Shown: piece by piece, positions 29,867-40,251 of the stretch
Layout of the letters: every line of letters starts with the position of its first letter
Numbering within the stretch: the stretch's first letter is position 1
NCBI GenBank assembly: GCA_963827685.1
Contig: CAWHBU010000004.1
Coordinates: 512,001-576,000, forward strand
Length of the DNA: 64,000 nt
Source: an uncultured delta proteobacterium
GTDB lineage: Bacteria > Desulfobacterota > BSN033 > UBA1163
Direction of reading: 5' to 3'
Program-made: the position numbers and the translations under genes
Notes under the pieces: generated by a model
Databases searched by the model: none
Seen by the model: the letters and a program-made list of their open reading frames with translations, nothing else
Told to the model about the DNA's origin: nothing

Positions 29867-30040
29867 TCCCATCGGTTTTCATCGGATCAACAACCAATTT
29901 CTCCAAGGTCCTTTGTCACGTTCTTATCCATTTGACCAAAATTTAATCATCTGATGTTTGTTTTTGACTTTTCCCTTTATTTTTGTTATTTTGTTCTTCA
30001 CCCTAAGCGTCAATCATCTTAGGCCATTAAGAAGTCCAAA

Positions 30041-30802
30041 TTGAAATTATTCAAAATCCTCCTCATCCTTCTGGTATTTTTTCTATTCCTCCAGCCCTGT
30101 TTTGGATTCACTGACGAAGAAATTCAAAAATTCCAGACTCTGTCGGTCGACAAACCCGTCGGTGAAAAAATTGCTTTCTGGGCTGAGAAATTTGTTGGCG
30201 TCCCGTATGATACGGATCCACTAGGGGAGTACGTTTCAAAGGCAACCATTGTAGCGGATGAGAGGGTGGATTGTATGTATTTAACCTTTAGGGCAGTGGA
30301 GCTTGCCTTGAGCCGCACCCCTGAGGAGGCCATGCAAATAGCCTTGGACAAAAGATTCCATTCCAAGGGCGTTCTCAAGGATGGTCGGGTGATGAATTAT
30401 GATGACCGTTTTGAATATGGTGAAGACATGGTTGAGAGTGGAAAGTGGGGTAAGGAGGTGACCTCTGAGGTTGGGAAGATAATGAAAATAAAAGGGTCAA
30501 GGGGAAAGGATTTTGTAGAGATCCTTCCCCCGGGCACGCTCCTGAAGGAAATGAAGAATTTAGAAAGTGGTGACATTGTCTTTTTTATGAAAAGGCCTGA
30601 AGCGAGGATGAAAGGAGAAATTGTCGGCCACATTGGAATTCTCAAGGTGGAAAAGAGTCCGAAGAGTGGGGGAGGCAGGGACATCTATCTCATTCACGCC
30701 AGTGGCATGAAAGAAAGAGGTGGGGCGGTGAAGAAGGTTCTGTTCAAGGAGTATCTTTCGAAAATGCCCTTCGCCGGAGTCAAGATCACCAGATTTCAGT
30801 AA
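30041..30802 (+). CDS. NlpC/P60-like amidase (DUF1460-like), secreted
   Basis: Signal peptide; F.G.PY, VDC, GDIVFF, H.GI, IHAS motifs. Confidence 0.75.
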   Translation: MKLFKILLILLVFFLFLQPCFGFTDEEIQKFQTLSVDKPVGEKIAFWAEKFVGVPYDTDPLGEYVSKATIVADERVDCMYLTFRAVELALSRTPEEAMQIALDKRFHSKGVLKDGRVMNYDDRFEYGEDMVESGKWGKEVTSEVGKIMKIKGSRGKDFVEILPPGTLLKEMKNLESGDIVFFMKRPEARMKGEIVGHIGILKVEKSPKSGGGRDIYLIHASGMKERGGAVKKVLFKEYLSKMPFAGVKITRFQ

Positions 30803-30991
30803 ACCCCGTTAGAAATTCCAGTCGTTGCGACTCGAAACCGAGCGGGGCATTATTTCTGACCGGGCAAAAATCTCTTTCTCCTTTTTCCATCACTCTTGTA
30901 TCCCCCAAATTTTTTCATTGTCCAGAGAGAAGAAGGAAAGTATAATATCAAACAAGAGATTAGCAAATGAATAGGAGGCGAGAATCGTTTT

Positions 30992-31309
30992 ATGATCCGG
31001 GCATTCAATAAACACTATCGTAAGGCTATCGATCTTATAGAGGACTGTTCGACGAGTGAGAAGATGGAAATCGCTGAGAGGGTAATGGAATGGTTCCGGG
31101 AATTGCCCGAAGAGTATATCATCTCCCTGGCGATGTTTTTTAATGAAGTCATCGACGATCTTGGAGATGAAAGCTTAGAAAAGATCACTTTAAGAATGAA
31201 ACAAAAGAAAAAAGAGGAAAAGGAAGCGGAGGAAGAAGAGGAGGAAGAGGATTTGGAAGAAGACGAGTTCGAGGAGGATTACGAGGACGAGGATAAAGAA
31301 GATTACTGA
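30992..31309 (+). CDS. Hypothetical protein with acidic C-terminal tail
   Basis: AGGAGG RBS; E/D-rich tail. Confidence 0.75.
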   Translation: MIRAFNKHYRKAIDLIEDCSTSEKMEIAERVMEWFRELPEEYIISLAMFFNEVIDDLGDESLEKITLRMKQKKKEEKEAEEEEEEEDLEEDEFEEDYEDEDKEDY

Positions 31310-31331
31310 CTTTTTATTAAGATCATACCCG

Positions 31332-31360
31332 AAAGCCCTGCCCTGTGGGCGGGGCTTTTT
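31332..31360. terminator. Bidirectional terminator between convergent genes
   Basis: aaagccctgccc-tgt-gggcggggcttttt. Confidence 0.75.
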
Positions 31361-32864
31361 ATTTGGAGGCTGGGACGGCCCGATTATAGGCCCAGCGTTC
31401 CATCCTTCCCATCTCTTCCCTCATGGTTGTGGAGAGAGGGACGATATTTCCCGCTGAGATCACCAGATCGTGTTCATTCATTGGCCGGCCTGAATTAAAA
31501 CCTTCGATCATCGCCCCGTTGACCGCCTGCTCGATTTCTGCACCGTTAAACCCCTCGGTTACCTTGACCAACATATCCAAATTGACCTGGGACAAATCTG
31601 CGCCGTTTTTCTTCAGATGGATGGAGAAAATGGACTTTCTCTCTTGAGCCTTGGGCAAGGTGACAAAAAAGATTTGGTCAAAACGACCCTTTCTCAAGAC
31701 CTCCGGGGGAAGAAGTTCAATCACATTGGCTGTCGCGGCGATAAAGACGAAAGCGCTTTTTTCCTGCATCCAGGTGAGAAAGGAGGCAAAGACCCGGGAT
31801 TGAGTCCCCCCTCCTGCTTTCTGGCTTTGAATGCTGATACCCGCTTCGATCTCATCGATCCAGAGAACACAAGGTGCTACCGATTCCGCAGTCCGAAGGG
31901 AAACCTGCAGCGCCTCTTCAGGTTCTCCGATCGTTCCATCATAAAGCCTGGCCATGTCAAGGTGGAGCAGAGGAACCTGCCAGAAAGAGGCAAATACCTT
32001 GGCACAGAGGCTTTTCCCACATCCTGAAAGACCGGTGATCAAGACCCCCTTTGGGAGTTGGAGACCAAAGGACTTCCCCTCACTGCTCAACACTTTGGAC
32101 CTTTTCTTCAGCCAATCTTTGAGGTTTTCCAGCCCGCCGATGTCTTCGAGAGCAGGCCGATTGGTCACCAGATTGAGGATCCCCGATTTCTTAATGAGCT
32201 GCCCTTTTTCCTCAATCACCGCATCGATCAAAGAGGGATCAATGGCTGTCCTTCCGATCAGGGCACTCCGAAAGGCCCGGGCCACCTGGTCGAGAGAAAG
32301 ACCAAGGGCTGCCTTCACCATCCGATCCTTCAATTCCGGTGTCAGGGATTCTGTTAACTTAGCAGCCTGGGGACTTGCGGAGACGACTCCCATCAGGGTT
32401 CGCTCCACTTCCATTGCATCCGGCATGGGAAGTTCGTAGACCACCATGTCCCGCTTCAGTTCTTCTGGAACGACCAGAACAGGAGCCACGATAAAAAGCG
32501 TCGCGTACCGATTTCGAAGAGCACGGTGGAGATCTTTTAACTTCCTGGGAAGGGAGAGGTCTGTCGCGAGATAGGGGTGGAGTCCCTCAAAGAGATAAAA
32601 AGCCTGTTCCGTACTCTGGATCACTTTATCCAGAGCCTCAATAAAGTTCTTCGAATTCCCAATCTTTTCATTCTCCCCGACCAATCCTTGGAAAGGGTTC
32701 CAGATGAAGAGTTTGGGCTTGGGTTGAAAGGTGGCGCTGAGTTCTTTGAGCAGGTCTTCGACCCGATCTTCTTCATCGGATTGGATATAGACAATGGAGG
32801 TCTTCGACAGAATGAATTTCTTTAGATCTTGCAGAATTTGTTGTTTTTTAGAGGTTTCTTCCAT
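31359..32864 (-). CDS. Ycf46-like AAA+ ATPase
   Basis: [44 protein letters not shown]. Confidence 0.9.
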   Translation of the reverse strand: MEETSKKQQILQDLKKFILSKTSIVYIQSDEEDRVEDLLKELSATFQPKPKLFIWNPFQGLVGENEKIGNSKNFIEALDKVIQSTEQAFYLFEGLHPYLATDLSLPRKLKDLHRALRNRYATLFIVAPVLVVPEELKRDMVVYELPMPDAMEVERTLMGVVSASPQAAKLTESLTPELKDRMVKAALGLSLDQVARAFRSALIGRTAIDPSLIDAVIEEKGQLIKKSGILNLVTNRPALEDIGGLENLKDWLKKRSKVLSSEGKSFGLQLPKGVLITGLSGCGKSLCAKVFASFWQVPLLHLDMARLYDGTIGEPEEALQVSLRTAESVAPCVLWIDEIEAGISIQSQKAGGGTQSRVFASFLTWMQEKSAFVFIAATANVIELLPPEVLRKGRFDQIFFVTLPKAQERKSIFSIHLKKNGADLSQVNLDMLVKVTEGFNGAEIEQAVNGAMIEGFNSGRPMNEHDLVISAGNIVPLSTTMREEMGRMERWAYNRAVPASK

Positions 32865-33224
32865 AAAATTACTAAAATTATACATAAATTAATATGGGAC
32901 GTCAATCTTATTTAATGTTCTTATTTAATGTTCTGGTCCAATTCGGACACTGGACTCTCGCCTGCCAAAGAACTTGCCTGCCTGCGCGAAGCCGCTCCGG
33001 CGGAGGCAGGTTCGGCGAGCAGGTCAGATATTGGACATCAGATAAGCATTTCGCACAGGTTCAGATTCAGATTTAGAATTTCTCAACCTCAACCTTGGCC
33101 TCAACCTCGGGTTTCATTCTCCTGTCTGAGGTCTATAGTCTTACTGTCTGAACCAAAGAATGTTCTGAAAAGTGCTTGAATATTTGCCCGTTCTCCAATA
33201 AAATTGAAACATCAGGAGAAAACC

Positions 33225-33995
33225 ATGACCGTCCATATCGATCCGATTCTGGTTCAACTCGGGCCCATTCGCGTCAGTTGGTATGGGTTAATGTATGTTT
33301 TCGGGTTCTTCGCCTCCTATCTCCTCGTCCGGTATCAAATGAAACGAAAAGATTTCGGTGTTTCAAAACTGGACGTGGAAAATCTGTATTTTTATCTCAT
33401 TCTCGGGTTGATCATCGGGGCGCGCTTAGGGTATGTGCTATTCTATGATCTCAAGAGATATCTTAAAGATCCCCTTGAGATCTTTGCCATCTGGCATGGC
33501 GGCATGTCTTTTCATGGAGGGTTGATCGGCGTCCTCATCGTTGCGATTCTTTTTTCCTGGAAGAATAAAAAGCCGTTTTGGAAGATCGTTGACCTTTTCA
33601 TTGTCACCGCTCCGATTGGATTGGGTTTAGGGAGAATTGGTAATTTCATCAACGGGGAGCTCTATGGTCGGGTCACTCAAGTCCCCTGGGCGATGATCTT
33701 CCCAAGTGGAGGCCCCCTTCCCCGGCATCCCTCTCAACTTTATGAAAGCGCCTTGGAAGGAGGCGTCCTCTTTTTGATCCTCTGGTTTCTGAAAAATAAG
33801 AAACTTCCTGATGGCGGGCTTTTAGCAGTATTTCTTTCTCTTTATGGGGTATTTCGATTTTTTGTGGAATTATTCAGGGAACCGGACGAACAGCTTGGAT
33901 TTATCCTCGGTCCCTTTACCATGGGACAGACGCTTTCATCCTTTATGATTGTTGGGGGAATTGTCCTGTTCCTCATCTTGAAGCGCAAGGAGTAG
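33225..33995 (+). CDS. lgt: Prolipoprotein diacylglyceryl transferase
   Basis: WYGLMY, GGMSFHGG, GRIGNFINGELYGR, RHPSQLYE. Confidence 0.97.
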   Translation: MTVHIDPILVQLGPIRVSWYGLMYVFGFFASYLLVRYQMKRKDFGVSKLDVENLYFYLILGLIIGARLGYVLFYDLKRYLKDPLEIFAIWHGGMSFHGGLIGVLIVAILFSWKNKKPFWKIVDLFIVTAPIGLGLGRIGNFINGELYGRVTQVPWAMIFPSGGPLPRHPSQLYESALEGGVLFLILWFLKNKKLPDGGLLAVFLSLYGVFRFFVELFREPDEQLGFILGPFTMGQTLSSFMIVGGIVLFLILKRKE

Positions 33996-34028
33996 GGAAA
34001 CGCCCTCTTTTTTTGCGAGAGGTGATTT

Positions 34029-35453
34029 TTACTTTTTCTTTTTTGCTGTTCTCACCGGGGCAATCATTAATCGAGGATCGAGTAAACGATTTAACTCATC
34101 CCTTGAAAAAAGTCCTTCTTCTTCTACCACCTTGCGAATAGTCTTATTCTGCAGGTAAGCCTTTTTTGCGATCCGGGCTCCTTCCTCATATCCAATTTTC
34201 GGAGTCAACGCCGTGGCCAGGGCTAAACTTTTTTCAATCATCTCTTCGCAACGCTTACGATCTGCCTTCAATCCCTGGATGCATTTTTTCGAAAAGGGGT
34301 TCACCGCATTGGCGAGGAGGTGAATGGATTGCAATAAATTGTAAACGATCAATGGCATCATGACATTCAGTTCAAAATTGCCGCTGAGCCCCGCCAGGGT
34401 AACGGCGGAGTCATTTCCAATCACTTGAACGCATACCTGGATGAGGGATTCTGGGATAACAGGATTGACTTTCCCCGGCATGATCGAAGAGCCAGGCTGG
34501 GTGTCCGGGAGACGAAGTTCCCCAATCCCACACCGAGGGCCCGAACCCAGCCACCGGATGTCGTTAGCGATTTTAATCAGACTCACTGCCACTGTTTTCA
34601 GAGTTCCGCTCATTTCTACCAGGGCGTCTCGTGCACCCTGAGCCTCAAAATGGTCGGTCGCCTCATCGAAGCGATAACCTGTCTCCTTATTCATGAGGGC
34701 GATGGATTTCTTGGCAAAAAAGGGATGGGTATTGATCCCTGTCCCAACGGCGGTTCCTCCCAAAGGAAGTTCAGAGAGGGACTTCATGCCATTCTCGATT
34801 CTGTGAATTCCCAATTCGACCTGGCGCGCATAGCCTCCAAATTCCTGGCCCAGGCGAATCGGCGTGGCGTCTTGGAGATGCGTTCTTCCAATTTTAAGGG
34901 TGGAATAGAATTCTCTTCGCTTAACCTTTAAAGCCTTATGGAGATCGCTCAGGGCCGGGAGGAGTTTTTGCCGGAGGAGGGTGACCGAGGCAATGTGGAT
35001 AGAAGAAGGGAAGACATCATTGGTCGATTGACCCAGATTCACATGGTCATTGGGATGGACAGGCCGATAGATCCCTCTTTTGCTTCCCAAAATTGCATTG
35101 GCACGATTGGCAATCACCTCGTTCGCATTCATGTTGGTGGAAGTTCCGGAGCCGGTCTGAAAGATATCCACCACAAATTGTTCGTCCCACTTTCCCTCCA
35201 TCACCTCTTGAGAGGCCTGTGCGATGGCCCTGGCGACTCTCTTTCCCAGGAGGCCCAGCTCAGAATTCGTCTTGGCCGCAGCAAATTTGATCAGACCCAG
35301 GGCATAGATAAATTCCCTCTGAAATCTCCAACCACTGATCGGAAAATTCTCAATCGCCCTTTGGGTCTGAGCGCCATAGTAAGCTTCTTTGGGGACCCTG
35401 ACCGGGCCCATCGAATCTTTCTCAATTCGGTATTTTTGATCTGAGCTCGTCAT
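34029..35453 (-). CDS. fumC: Class II fumarate hydratase
   Basis: GSGTSTNMNANEV, GRTHLQDATP, GSSIMPGKVNP. Confidence 0.95.
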   Translation of the reverse strand: MTSSDQKYRIEKDSMGPVRVPKEAYYGAQTQRAIENFPISGWRFQREFIYALGLIKFAAAKTNSELGLLGKRVARAIAQASQEVMEGKWDEQFVVDIFQTGSGTSTNMNANEVIANRANAILGSKRGIYRPVHPNDHVNLGQSTNDVFPSSIHIASVTLLRQKLLPALSDLHKALKVKRREFYSTLKIGRTHLQDATPIRLGQEFGGYARQVELGIHRIENGMKSLSELPLGGTAVGTGINTHPFFAKKSIALMNKETGYRFDEATDHFEAQGARDALVEMSGTLKTVAVSLIKIANDIRWLGSGPRCGIGELRLPDTQPGSSIMPGKVNPVIPESLIQVCVQVIGNDSAVTLAGLSGNFELNVMMPLIVYNLLQSIHLLANAVNPFSKKCIQGLKADRKRCEEMIEKSLALATALTPKIGYEEGARIAKKAYLQNKTIRKVVEEEGLFSRDELNRLLDPRLMIAPVRTAKKKK

Positions 35454-35516
35454 CTTTGGCCTCCTTCTTGTAACTCGTTCTGGTTAGTTCGTCTGACGGA
35501 GAAGAGAAGAATTCCT

Positions 35517-35978
35517 TTATTTTCGAAGCAGGCGTCTATCAAATATATAACGTTCGACACCGGAAATAACCACTCTGTTCATGTCCGGATGTTTTGGATT
35601 GATCAGTATGTTGAATTCATCCGGGACAACCACCGAAGGGACACGGAGCAAAAGTGAACGCATGGCTATGGCCCATTCGGATCCCAATTCAGCCAATTCT
35701 GGAGGGGCGGGGTAGTGCCGCCAATTCTTTGGCAGATCGGCTATCGAGATCTGTTCAACAATGATGTCATCCGGTATATCAAGACAGGCGATGCTTAGAT
35801 TGTTCGGTAGCAGGGATAAAGGGACATGGACCAAAAATTCCAATGTAGCAAGCGATCTATTTTCTGAGGCATAAACGACAGGGATATCCTTTCGATTCCA
35901 TCTTCCCCCATGCAACCTTGCTCCGGTTCCTGATAGATCGCGAATGGATCGAGTTTTAGCAATCCGGAAGACTTGCAC
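35517..35978 (-). CDS. RES-domain toxin (NAD+ phosphorylase-like)
   Basis: FR, GGRWN, Y.SE..SLA.LE, VPS, N.LINP.HP. Confidence 0.92.
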   Translation of the reverse strand: MQVFRIAKTRSIRDLSGTGARLHGGRWNRKDIPVVYASENRSLATLEFLVHVPLSLLPNNLSIACLDIPDDIIVEQISIADLPKNWRHYPAPPELAELGSEWAIAMRSLLLRVPSVVVPDEFNILINPKHPDMNRVVISGVERYIFDRRLLRK

Positions 35979-36409
35979 TAAGAGAGCACCCCTTGCTCGA
36001 TTCGCCCAAGTTCATCGAGGACCATTTGCGTCCCGAACCTTGAGCTCAGCAGGTTGAGAGGCGTTCTATTCCCGAGTGCAACATTGGGTTGTTTCATCCA
36101 GAGGAGAAATTGGTTTTTATCTTCAAAGACCTCAACCCCTTTTGCAACCACTTCGGCAATTTGTAAAATCTGTTCTGATACGGCGCGATTAAAATGTTGG
36201 CGAGAGTTGTATCTTTGTATGGTCCGGCCGCTGATCGGCAGAAGCGCCGCAATTTGATCTATCGGAAAAGACAAATATCTCGCGAGATTCAACAGGGCAC
36301 TTTTCGTCACCCCGTGATCACTCAACGCGATCAAGTCCTGCCGCTTCTGTATTCTCATATGAAGCACCCTTTGTCCGCCTAATATTCTTTCAATGGCAGA
36401 TAATTGCAT
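35978..36409 (-). CDS. Xre/MbcA/ParS antitoxin
   Basis: S.RT.QR HTH; W...PN.ALG...P..LL....G...V..EL.RIE.G; GGAGG RBS. Confidence 0.9.
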   Translation of the reverse strand: MQLSAIERILGGQRVLHMRIQKRQDLIALSDHGVTKSALLNLARYLSFPIDQIAALLPISGRTIQRYNSRQHFNRAVSEQILQIAEVVAKGVEVFEDKNQFLLWMKQPNVALGNRTPLNLLSSRFGTQMVLDELGRIEQGVLS

Positions 36410-36666
36410 GTGGCCTCCTCCGTTCGATAGGACATTTGTCATAATTATAATGACATATGTCGCAATTCTTTGTCAAGAAAATAATGACGGAGTGGAATGT
36501 CTTAAGATTTTAGGTGCTTCGAGTAACGCTGCGGGAGATTCGATTGACAAATCCGAGGGCCATCGATTATCATTCTTGAAATTTCTGAAATAATCCGGGA
36601 ATCTGAGAGAACGTGAAATTTTTTTCTGAGTTTTCTTCTTTTACGAGATTGTTGGAAAGGGGATCG

Positions 36667-38610
36667 ATGGGCAAGAATCTTGTACAGAAAATCTTTGAGA
36701 CACACCTGGCCACGGGAAGATTGGTGCCTCATGAAGATATTGCCGTTGCCATTGACCAGACCCTCACGCAAGATGCCACCGGTACGATGGCATCCCTTCA
36801 ATTTGAGGCTTTAGGAATCCCGATAGTCAGAACAGGATTCTCGATCAGTTATGTCGACCACAACATGCTCCAGACCGGATTTGAGAATGCCGATGACCAT
36901 CGATTTCTGCAAACCTTTGCCTCAAAATATGGGGTCTTCTTCTCCAAACCCGGCAATGGCATCTGCCATCAGGTTCATTTGGAGCGTTTTGCAAAGCCCG
37001 GAGAGATCCTTCTCGGTTCGGATAGCCATACTCCCAATGCCGGCGCAATGGGAATGATTGCGATTGGAGTAGGAGGGCTTGATGTCGCCCTGGCCATGGC
37101 GGGCGAGCCTTACTACCTCAAGATGCCCCAAATTGTTTTGGTGAGTTTGAAGGGGAAGCTTCCCCCTTGGGTGGCCTCAAAAGATATCATGCTGGAACTG
37201 CTGAGACGATTAACGGTCAGAGGAGGTGTGGAAAAGATCTTCGAATTCGGAGGGCCAGGGGTAAGGACGCTCTCCATCCCGGAAAGAGCCACGATTGCCA
37301 ATTTAGGAGCAGAACTGGGAGCCACCACCACGATCTTCCCGAGCGATGCAAGAACCCTCGAATTCCTGAGGGCGCAAGGGAGGAAGAAAGATTGGATTCC
37401 CCTCGAGCCGGATAAAGATGCGGAATACGACCAGGTGATTGAAATCGATCTCCGCGAGTTAGAGCCTCTCATCGCTCAACCCTCCAGCCCGGACCAGGTC
37501 TGTTCTGCCAGAGAAGTGGCCGGGATGGCAGTTAAACAGGTCTGCATCGGGAGTTGCAACAATTCCTCCTATTTCGATTTGATGGCGGTGGCCAAAATCG
37601 TAAAGGGGAAAAAGATTCATCCGGATGTCAGCCTCACCATCACCCCTGGATCAAAACAGGTCTTTGAGATGATTGATCGAGAAGGAGCTTTGGCCGACCT
37701 GATCAGTGCCGGGGCTCGCATTCTCGAAGCAACCTGCGGTCCCTGCATTGGAATGGGTCAGGCTCCTCCCTCGCATGTCATTTCCATCCGGACAATGAAT
37801 CGAAATTTTCCAGGCCGAAGCGGAACACCTGAGGATCAAGTTTATTTAGCCAGTCCCTATGTGGCCATCGCCTGTGCCTTGGAGGGATCTATCACGGATC
37901 CAAGAAAATTGGGTCCAAGACCACCCCGTGTTCCCATGCCCCCCAAATTTTTAGTTGATGACAGTCTGATCCTTCCTCCCTCTTCAAGGCCGGAGAAAGT
38001 GGCGATCGAGCGGGGGCCGAATATCAAACCTCTGCCCCTTCGTGGCCCCCTGGAAGATTTCATGGAAGGGTCGGTCATTTTGAAAGTGGGGGACAATATT
38101 AGCACCGATGATATCCTTCCTGCCGGAGCAAAGGTCCTTCCTCTCCGATCCAATATTCCTGCCATTTCGGAATACCTCTTCGAGAGGATCGATGCCCGTT
38201 TCGTCAAGAGGACAAAGCAATTGGGGGGTGGATTTGTGGTGGGAGGTGAAAATTATGGACAGGGTTCGAGTCGGGAGCATGCGGCTCTGGCTCCGATGTA
38301 CCTTGGGATCAGAGCCATCCTGACAATATCCTATGCCCGCATCCATCGTTCCAATCTGATCAACTTCGGAATTCTTCCTTTGGCCTTTAAAGACCCTGAT
38401 GAGTTTTCAAGGATTCAACAGGGAGATTCCCTCCGAATCACGAATCTGCGGAAAGGACTGAAGGTTGACAGTCTTCTCATGATTGAAAACGAGACACAAA
38501 AGAGGTCCTTTGAAGTCTTGCACGGGCTCAACGGGCGAGAAACGGAGATTCTCCTTGCCGGAGGGTTGCTCAACTATACTGCTTCCTCGGCAATAAAACG
38601 TCAATCCTAA
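36667..38610 (+). CDS. acnA: Aconitate hydratase
   Basis: QDATG, GICHQ, DSHT, IGSCNN, CGPCIG, NRNF.GR, NYGQGSSREHAA. Confidence 0.92.
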   Translation: MGKNLVQKIFETHLATGRLVPHEDIAVAIDQTLTQDATGTMASLQFEALGIPIVRTGFSISYVDHNMLQTGFENADDHRFLQTFASKYGVFFSKPGNGICHQVHLERFAKPGEILLGSDSHTPNAGAMGMIAIGVGGLDVALAMAGEPYYLKMPQIVLVSLKGKLPPWVASKDIMLELLRRLTVRGGVEKIFEFGGPGVRTLSIPERATIANLGAELGATTTIFPSDARTLEFLRAQGRKKDWIPLEPDKDAEYDQVIEIDLRELEPLIAQPSSPDQVCSAREVAGMAVKQVCIGSCNNSSYFDLMAVAKIVKGKKIHPDVSLTITPGSKQVFEMIDREGALADLISAGARILEATCGPCIGMGQAPPSHVISIRTMNRNFPGRSGTPEDQVYLASPYVAIACALEGSITDPRKLGPRPPRVPMPPKFLVDDSLILPPSSRPEKVAIERGPNIKPLPLRGPLEDFMEGSVILKVGDNISTDDILPAGAKVLPLRSNIPAISEYLFERIDARFVKRTKQLGGGFVVGGENYGQGSSREHAALAPMYLGIRAILTISYARIHRSNLINFGILPLAFKDPDEFSRIQQGDSLRITNLRKGLKVDSLLMIENETQKRSFEVLHGLNGRETEILLAGGLLNYTASSAIKRQS

Positions 38611-38721
38611 AGCCTCTTTTTCAGAACTGACAGATTCTATCCAAAATACAGGTTTTTTTTACGGCAAAATACAGAACAAACCCTATTTATTTCTCAATCC
38701 ACTTTCTGTAATTCTATAATG

Positions 38722-38982
38722 TAATCCTTCAGAAGCTGTGAAAAATTGGCGGTCAGTGCCTCGGCCCATAAGAATGGACGTCTTGTCGAAGCTTTAGGAT
38801 TGCGGGTCGTCAATGTTATGGGTAACCTTCCTCTTCAGTAAAACAGAGTAATGATCCAGGGTTAGGCCCTGTAATTTGATTTCAGAGGTTCCGCGCTAAA
38901 GCTTCTCCAATCCGCCCATTCTCGTGGGCCGGAACGGTGCTGGTTCCGGGAAAATATTTTTTTCACAGTTTCTGAGGGATTA
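38722..38982. mobile_element. MITE-like element (~260 bp)
   Basis: Terminal inverted repeats taatccttcagaagctgtgaaaaa / tttttcacagtttctgagggatta (22/24 match); no coding content. Confidence 0.65.
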
Positions 38983-39066
38983 TTCTAAAACGGATTTTAG
39001 CATTGATGTTTTTACCGTGACGATGTACATTCATTTCAGGGGGCGATGAGGGAGGATTCGAAAAAG

Positions 39067-40251
39067 ATGAAAGAGATCACGGAGACAAAGAACATCGGCC
39101 TTCGGGGAGTCAAGGTGGCGGATACCCGCATCTCGGATGTCGATGGGGAGAGAGGGCTTCTCATTTATCGAGGTCTCAATATCTGTGACCTTGTCGTCCA
39201 TTCCACCTATGAGGAGGTTTCGTTTCTTCTGCTCAATGACCATCTCCCTGCAGCAGAAGAGTTGAAAGGGTTTCAGTCAGCCCTCATCTCAGAAAGAGAG
39301 GTTCCTGAGGCCGTCCATCGATTCATGAGGATGATGCCCAGTACGACTCATCCCATGGATATATTGCAGGCGGCTGTTCCTGTTTTGGCGAGCGATGATC
39401 TCCGGTTGCACGATGAATCGAGGGAGGCAAATTTGAAAAAGGCAATCCGACTGATTGCCAAATTGCCAAACGTCGTTGCCGCATGGGATCGTATTCGAAA
39501 GGGGAAAAAAGCGGTTCGTCCCGATCCTGAACTCACCCATGCAGGAAACTTCTTATACATGTTATCCGGTTCTCTTCCCAACCCAGGAACAGCCAAGGAT
39601 TTTGACACTTGCCTGATTCTTCATGCCGAACATTCTTTCAACGCTTCCACCTTTGCTGCTCGGGAGGTCGCTTCGACCCACGCCCATCTTTATGCCGCTG
39701 TGGCGGCCGCGATCGGAGCGCTTTCCGGAGAACTCCATGGAGGAGCAAACAGCGAGGTGATGAAGATGCTTCTGGAAATCGGAGAGATGAATCGTGTGAA
39801 ATCCTGGGTTTCTGAGAGACTCCAAAAAGGAGGAAAAGTGATGGGCATGGGCCATGCGGTTTACCACACCGAAGACCCCCGGGCGACGATCCTCAGGGAG
39901 ATTTGCATCCGGCTGGCGGATCGTACAGGAGATCGGAAATGGTTTGAATTGACGAAGGCGGTTGAGGCAGCTACCAAGGAGGATTTTAGAAAGTTGAAAG
40001 GGAGAGAGATCTATCCCAATGTCGATTTCTACAGCGCCTCGGTCTATTATATGATGGGAATCTCGTTAGACCTCTTCACCCCTGTTTTTGCTGTGTCACG
40101 GATTTCAGGTTGGGCAGCCCATGTCATCGAAGAGAAGTTTGCTGAAGCCCAACCCAAACCCGAACTCTATCGTCCGGATGCGGATTATGTGGGGTCCTAT
40201 TGTGGTCCCCAGGCATGTCCCTATATTCCCATTGAAGAGCGATCGAAATGA
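39067..40251 (+). CDS. gltA: Citrate synthase (or 2-methylcitrate synthase)
   Basis: EH.FNASTF, LSG.LHGGAN, MGMGHAVY..EDPR, YPNVDFYS, SRISGW. Confidence 0.9.
   Translation: MKEITETKNIGLRGVKVADTRISDVDGERGLLIYRGLNICDLVVHSTYEEVSFLLLNDHLPAAEELKGFQSALISEREVPEAVHRFMRMMPSTTHPMDILQAAVPVLASDDLRLHDESREANLKKAIRLIAKLPNVVAAWDRIRKGKKAVRPDPELTHAGNFLYMLSGSLPNPGTAKDFDTCLILHAEHSFNASTFAAREVASTHAHLYAAVAAAIGALSGELHGGANSEVMKMLLEIGEMNRVKSWVSERLQKGGKVMGMGHAVYHTEDPRATILREICIRLADRTGDRKWFELTKAVEAATKEDFRKLKGREIYPNVDFYSASVYYMMGISLDLFTPVFAVSRISGWAAHVIEEKFAEAQPKPELYRPDADYVGSYCGPQACPYIPIEERSK

Noticed and set aside
31201-31309. GAA/GAG-rich low-complexity tract as a repeat element
   Set aside because: Explained by the acidic C-terminal tail of the protein.
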